Assembly: GCA_016212885.1 (NCBI GenBank)
Contig: JACRDO010000016.1
Span: 8,255 to 72,254, forward strand
Reading direction: 5' to 3'
From: Elusimicrobiota bacterium
GTDB taxonomy: Bacteria > Elusimicrobiota > Elusimicrobia > UBA1565
Length of the DNA: 64,000 nt
Within the stretch, counting starts at the first letter, position 1; every line of letters starts with the position of its first letter. This document shows positions 57,301 through 63,300 of this stretch, piece after piece. The notes below the pieces were generated by a model, which had not been told where the DNA came from, did no database searches, and was given only the letters and a program-made list of their open reading frames with translations. The position numbers and the translations under genes were made by a program.

Positions 57301-60300
57301 GGGGTGTAGGTGTCGGACCAGGCTGTGCCGGTCCACCAGCATCCCATGATCGTGGGCAGGATCGGGCAGAAGCCGCTCATGTCCTGCACCGCCACGCTGA
57401 CGCTGGAGACGTCCAGGCCGGCCTGGAACTCGCGGCTGCCCGGCACGCAGAGGCCGCTCAGGAGGCAGAAGCGGTCCTCCGCGGTGCCCGATATATGGGT
57501 CAGCGAGGCGTTCGCGAAGCCGCCGTCCGCGGGGCCGGTGGTCTTGGCCACGGGCGTGGTCAGGTCCACCACAAAGGCAAAGGTGTGGTAGGGGGTTTCG
57601 ATATTCTGGGCGTTGTCCTGCCCCCTCGAGTGGACCTCGTAGCGGTAGCCGTCCTCCAGAGCCCCGAGCAGCAGGGTCTTTGTCCAGGGGTTGACGGGTC
57701 CGCCGTCCACGTTCTGAAGGCCCGGGTCCACGGAGCTCCAGCCGCCGAGCACCTGCCAGTACCAGTTGTCCGAGCGCTTGAGCCGGTACTTCACGTTGTT
57801 CAGGAGGCTCGGCGAGCGGACGCCCTCGTAGGCGTCCACGGACGTGCCCGTGATGGCACTCAGGCTCGGCGAGCTGGTGTACACGGGAGGGAACCTCACT
57901 CCCGACATCGGCGGGGTGTCGTCGTAGGTGAACTGCAGGGCCGGCGAATCGTCGGCGTTCTTGAGAGCGTCGCACTGCGACGGGCTCGGCCAGGCCGAGG
58001 TGTTCTGGGCGTAGTCCGTGGCCCGCGCCCAGAGCGTAAACTTCGTGGAGTCCAGGAAGCTGAGGGGCGCAAATGAGAGGGCCCAGGTCTTCAAGGTCGG
58101 ATTCGGCGCGACCGTGCGCCACTGGTTGTATTTCGTCGCCGGATCCGTATCCCAGTCCGAGAGGCCGTTCGAGGCGCCTCCGTTCCAATAGCCCTTCGTG
58201 CCTATCTGCTGGGACTGCAGAAGGATCTGGACGCTCTGCAAGCCGGAGGCGCCGCTCGTTTCGTCGCTCGCGGTTCCGGCGATCGATGCGAGGGCCGCGA
58301 GGTTCAAGTTGGCGTTCACCGCCGGCCATGTGGAGCGCAGCAGCGGAGCTTCCACGTCGTAGCGGAAGGCGGCGCCGATCGCTGGATCGGTCGGCGTGAG
58401 CTGCTTGTTGCTCGCCTGGTCCATGGCCAGGGTCGTGACGCGGTAGGTGTTGCTGGACTTGAATATCCCCGCGGGGACGGGGGTGGACCAGTTGACGTTG
58501 AGGGTTAGATCCGTGATGGGGGCGGATGAGACCATGGCCCAGCCGTTGCTCGTCTGGTTGCTGCCCGGGTCAAGGGTCGGTTGGAACTCGCCGGTGGCCC
58601 AGTTGTACCAGCCCAGCGGCTGGTAATTCCCCCCGCTGGTCGGGCCGTCCGTGTGCTTGACCGCGACGTAGAGCCTGGCGATCCCCGAGCCGGTCGTGTC
58701 CCACTCCTTGGCCGTGCCGGAAAGGACCATGGAAGCGAGAGGCGTGTTGACGTTGCTGCCGCTGGCCGGGACGCTCACCGCCGCGGTCGGGCGGTTGAGG
58801 TCGTACTTGAAGGGCTGGGTCTGCCCCGGAGCCGAGCCACCGGGCGTGAGCGCGTTGTTGACCCAGTTGCCTGCCGCGTCCTGGGCCTTGACGTAGACGG
58901 TGTAGCTGATCGCGTCGCTGAAGCCGTTGACCAGGGACCAAGCCGCGGGCTTATATTCCCAGGAAGCCCCTAAGACGTTGACCCAGGTGGACCAGTAGAT
59001 GTTGGGGTCCGGGCCGTGGTCGAACTTCCCCGTGGCGTTGTCCCACCACATGTTCTCCGCCGAGCCGGAGGAAACGGCCACCCATACCTTGCTGACTCCC
59101 GTCGGGTTCGTGCCCGGGTCCGTGATCGTGCCCGCGGTCATAGTCGAGATGCGGGCGGACTCCACGTTGTTGGAGTAGGGCGGCATTGTCGGCGGGCTGA
59201 GGGGGAAGGTGATGGCGAGCGCGGGAGGCGCCTGGTCGTAGGTGAACTCGATATCGCCTCCGCCCGGCGGGGTGCGGACGTTGCCCGCCAGGTCCGTCGC
59301 GCGGATGAAGATCTTGTATTTCCTGTCCGCCTCGAACGCGCTCGCTCCTCCTGCGACCACCTTCAGGTCGTCGTAATCCCAGGTAATGTTGCCATTGACC
59401 CCGGTCAAGGCGGCCGTGGAGTAGAGGTTCGAAGAGTTGGTCCAGGCGGATCCCGTCCACTCCCAGTTGTCCGCGGACCGGACGATCCGCACCTCCACTT
59501 TGCTCACGCCCGCAAGGTCCCCGTTGGCCGTGCCCGAGATGTTGGTCAGGGCGTTGACCGCGTTTGCGGCCGGCTTCTGGAGCAGGGGCGTCGGCGCAGT
59601 GTCGTCAATGACGAAATCCGCGATGTCCGCGCCGAGCGCGGCGGGGGTCCCCTTGTTGCCAACGGGCGTGCCGTCGCCCTGGTAGGATGCGTCCTCGCCC
59701 CGGGCCTGGATTTCATACTGGGTATCCACCCCCGGCCGCCAGGCGACCGCGGCGATGGACTGCCAGGCGTTCGGGTCCGTCACGGAGAAATAGCCGTTGT
59801 TCGACACCCCTGTGCCCGAGGAGAACCGCACCTGGGTGGGCTGCCAGTACCAGGTGTCGTTGGGCGCGAGCCAGTAGGATATGCGTATCTCGACGTTGCG
59901 AATCCCCGAGTTCCATGGACCGTTGGGGTCCGTCACCCCGCCCGTGAACGAATAGATCGAGCCGCCCACCTGGCTGCTCTTGTACCTGCCCTGGTGGGCC
60001 GGGTAGGTGATCGTCGCCGCGGGCGGGATGTTGTCGAAGATGAATGTCCGGGACGAAACGGCGCCCGTGAAATCGATCTGATGGTTGCCCGCGGTGTCGA
60101 TGGCGCGGGAGAGGAGGGTGTAGTAGGTGTTGAACGCGCCCAGGTCCGTGTTCAATTGGGCGTTGGCGTACCACCAGTTGTAGCTCGAGTCCGAGGATGT
60201 CCCGATCCAGTAGGGACTGCTCTCAATGAAGAAGGCCCCCGGCTTGTACCATTTGCCGTTGCGAAGCGACTTGATTGCAAAGCTCGTGAAGTACACGGAG

Positions 60301-63300
60301 TAATTGTCCGAGGCCGAGCCGGACGACGTGGCCAGGGAGTTGACGGGCTGAAGGAGGGTGGGCCAGACGATGCCGGACTCCGGCTTGGTGAAATCCCAGG
60401 TGAACGGTTTCGGTGTGAGGCTGCTGTTGCCGGCCGCGTCCTTGGCGATCAGCTGGGCGGTGTACTGCCGGTTGGTCTCGAAGGCGGAGCCGTCAACGAA
60501 CTTCGCGTGGGTGTAGCTGTACGTGTTGAGGCCCGCGGGGGAGGCCGGAAGGCAGGTGATGTCCTGGAAGCTCACGCAGTCCACCGCGGAGACCGTGAAG
60601 GTCGAGGCGTTGTCCCAGAACTGCTCGGTGGCGCCCTGCATCCTCTTGACCCGGAAATAGGCCGTCTTTGGGGCGCTATAGGGCGGGTCCTGCGCGTCGT
60701 CGGTGACGGTCCCCGAGAGGGCGGGAAGATAGTTCTTGTAGTTCACATCGGGCATGAAGATGCCGGCCACAGGAGCGGCATTGTCGATCCAGAACTCCCT
60801 TGGGCCCATCGGTGGGTTCTCCGTGGGACTGCCCTGGGCCTGGGACCACATCCTGTATTTGTGCAGGCTGGCCCATTTGCCCGCGGGGATCGTGAACACC
60901 CAGTCCGGAGGCGCGGAGTAGTCCGCGGGCACGAAGCTGTCGAAGCCGGCGCCCGGCACCGGGTAGGTGGACTTCCACAATTGCACGGAGGGGTCGTAGC
61001 AGAGGTAGCTGTCGTTGGGCTGGCCTTGGCCGATGTCGTAGAGCTTGACCCACACACCGGTGGCATAGGGGACGTTCGCGGTCCCGCGCAGGGCCGCGGC
61101 CGCGGGTCTGTAGAACGGGGTCCCGGCGATCGGCTGGCTGATCGTAGACGCCGGGCCCGGGGAGGTGAAGGAGAAGCTGACCCGGTTCGTGTTCGCCAGC
61201 GCGCTCCCCGGCCGGGCTTCCATGTTCGCGGCCTTGTCCGCGGCCGCGGCCAGGATCTCGTAAATGTTGCCGTTTTTCCAGTCCGGGGTGGAGACCCCTG
61301 TCGTCAGCCAGTTCACGGGGATGGAGGTGTCCGTGGTCGCCTCGACCCAGTAGGCCGAGCCCGCGCTGGGCGCATCAGGAGGCTGGGCCCCGTCGGTCCC
61401 GGAGAATAGCTTGGTGGTCTTGTCCCACCAGCCTGGGCCGTTGGTGGTCCTGCGGTAGGCCACGAGCACGGTTGAGACCCCCGAGGGACCGTTGTCCACG
61501 GACGTGCCCCGGACCGCGGGGAGGGTTGAAACCGGGAACCCGTGGGGCGGGACCGTGATAATGGAGGTCGGGGCCTGGAAATCCGCGGCAAAGGTGACCG
61601 TGGAATACTTCAAGTCCATGTTCGATGCCTTGTCCACGGCCCGGGCGTTGGCCGTATAATTGACCGCGGTGGTCCATGCGGCTGTGGACAGGAACCACGT
61701 CCATGGCCCGGGCGCGCTTCCTGAAAGAACGGCCGCGCTCCAGGTCTCACTGGTCGCATCCACAACCCAGTCCCCGGTGGGCCCTTGGCTCATTTTCAGG
61801 TACTTGTTGTCTGAGTCCCGCTTGATCCGTACCTCGACCTGCCCCACCTCGCCCTTGGCCTTGTCCGTGGCGTTGCCGGACACGTTGGCGCTCTGCGCGA
61901 TGAAGCCGCCGCCCAGCGGGAAAGTGATGGTGGCGGTGGGCCTGGTGATGTCATAGACAAAGGTTGTCCCGGCGTTGCCCGCGCCGCCGCCCTCCCGATT
62001 TATTGCCTGGTCCTCCGCGCGCGAGATGATCTTGTAGTTGCGGCCGTCCACATAGGTCGGGTTGGTCAAAGTGTAGGTCCAAGGGGCGATGCCGGTGACC
62101 GGCATCCAGAAGGAGGTCTCCTGCCAGGCGACCGTGTTCCAATACGTGGACGCGCAGGTGAGGTCCTGGACCATGATCTTGACGTCGCTCACCCCGGAGC
62201 CGGCCGGCGTGTCCCAGGCTGTCCCGGTGAGGGTTAGCAATCCGGGGGTGGCGTTATAGAAGCCGGGGGAGGCCGGCGGCGAGTTGACCATGGACTGGGG
62301 CGCCGAGACGTCGTACTTCCAGGTGCTGGAGGTGAACACCGTTTGGACGTTGCCCGCCACGTCTACGGCCCGTGCGATCACGTCGTAGGTGAAATCCGCG
62401 TTGAAGGGGACCAGCGCGGAGCTCCACGTCCAGGTTCCGCTCGTGATGCTCGGCAAGGCCAGTGTGAAGTTGGCGTTGAGCCAGATCGCGGTCGGATCCG
62501 CGGGTGTCTTGTAGGTCCAGCTCGAGGGCAGGGCCGGGTTGAAGTCGTTTGAGTCGTTTACGCGGCGCAGGCGGACCTGGATCGTGGCAGCGCCGGAGTT
62601 GAGCTTCAAATTGTCCGAGGCCGTGCCTGTCATCGTGGCCAGGCCGTTGTAGGCCATGCCGTTCTGTGGGATGCTGGTCCAAGCGGTCGGCTTCGCCGTG
62701 TCGAAATAGATGCCGACCTGGGCGGCCGCCCCCTGGTTGTTGCCGGAGGCCGTGTTGTCCTGGGCCCTGGCCTTGATGGTGTAGGCCCTGCCGGTCCCCC
62801 AGATGCTGCTTGCGAAGGAATAACTCCACGTGGCGGAGGTCCCGCTCAGCGAGAAGTTCGAGTCCGCAAACCACTGGTCTAAGCCCGCGGCCCAGCCGTC
62901 GCCCGGGTTGGTCGGGGTCCAGCCCCAATTGTCGTCGCGGTTTATGGCAACCTGCCCGTTTGCGGGCGTGCTGTAGTAGTCCATCGCGGTCCCGCTGATG
63001 GCCGGCAGGGAGTTATAGGTGTTGCCGTCAATCGGCACGGTGATCACCGTCAAGGGACCCAAGGTGTCATAGCGGAAGGTGTGGCTGTTGTTTAAGGCCG
63101 GGTCCGAGTAGTTCAGGCGAGCCGGCGCGTCCTCCGGATTGCCGGCCTTGTCTATGCCCTTGGCGCGGACGTTGTAGACCTTGCCGTTGGCCCAGGGAGG
63201 CACGTTGGAGAATGTCCAGGTGTAAGTGGAGGGCATGGCCGCGGGGTTGAAGTACTCCGTGGTCACCCAGGTGCCCGAGGTGATCCACCAGCGCCAGTAG

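Noticed and set aside
30810-61409. Many long plus-strand ORFs inside the giant gene (for example 59016-61409 at 797 aa, 52953-54911 at 652 aa, 41352-43259 at 635 aa, 48495-50327, 38259-40049, 45306-47084 and 30810-32141)
   Set aside because: All are antisense to the giant ORF. They are dominated by R/G/D/V/A/H runs (…GRRGRG…, …VVDDVV…) and lack motifs or signal sequences. They are codon-complement artefacts of a GC3-rich gene.
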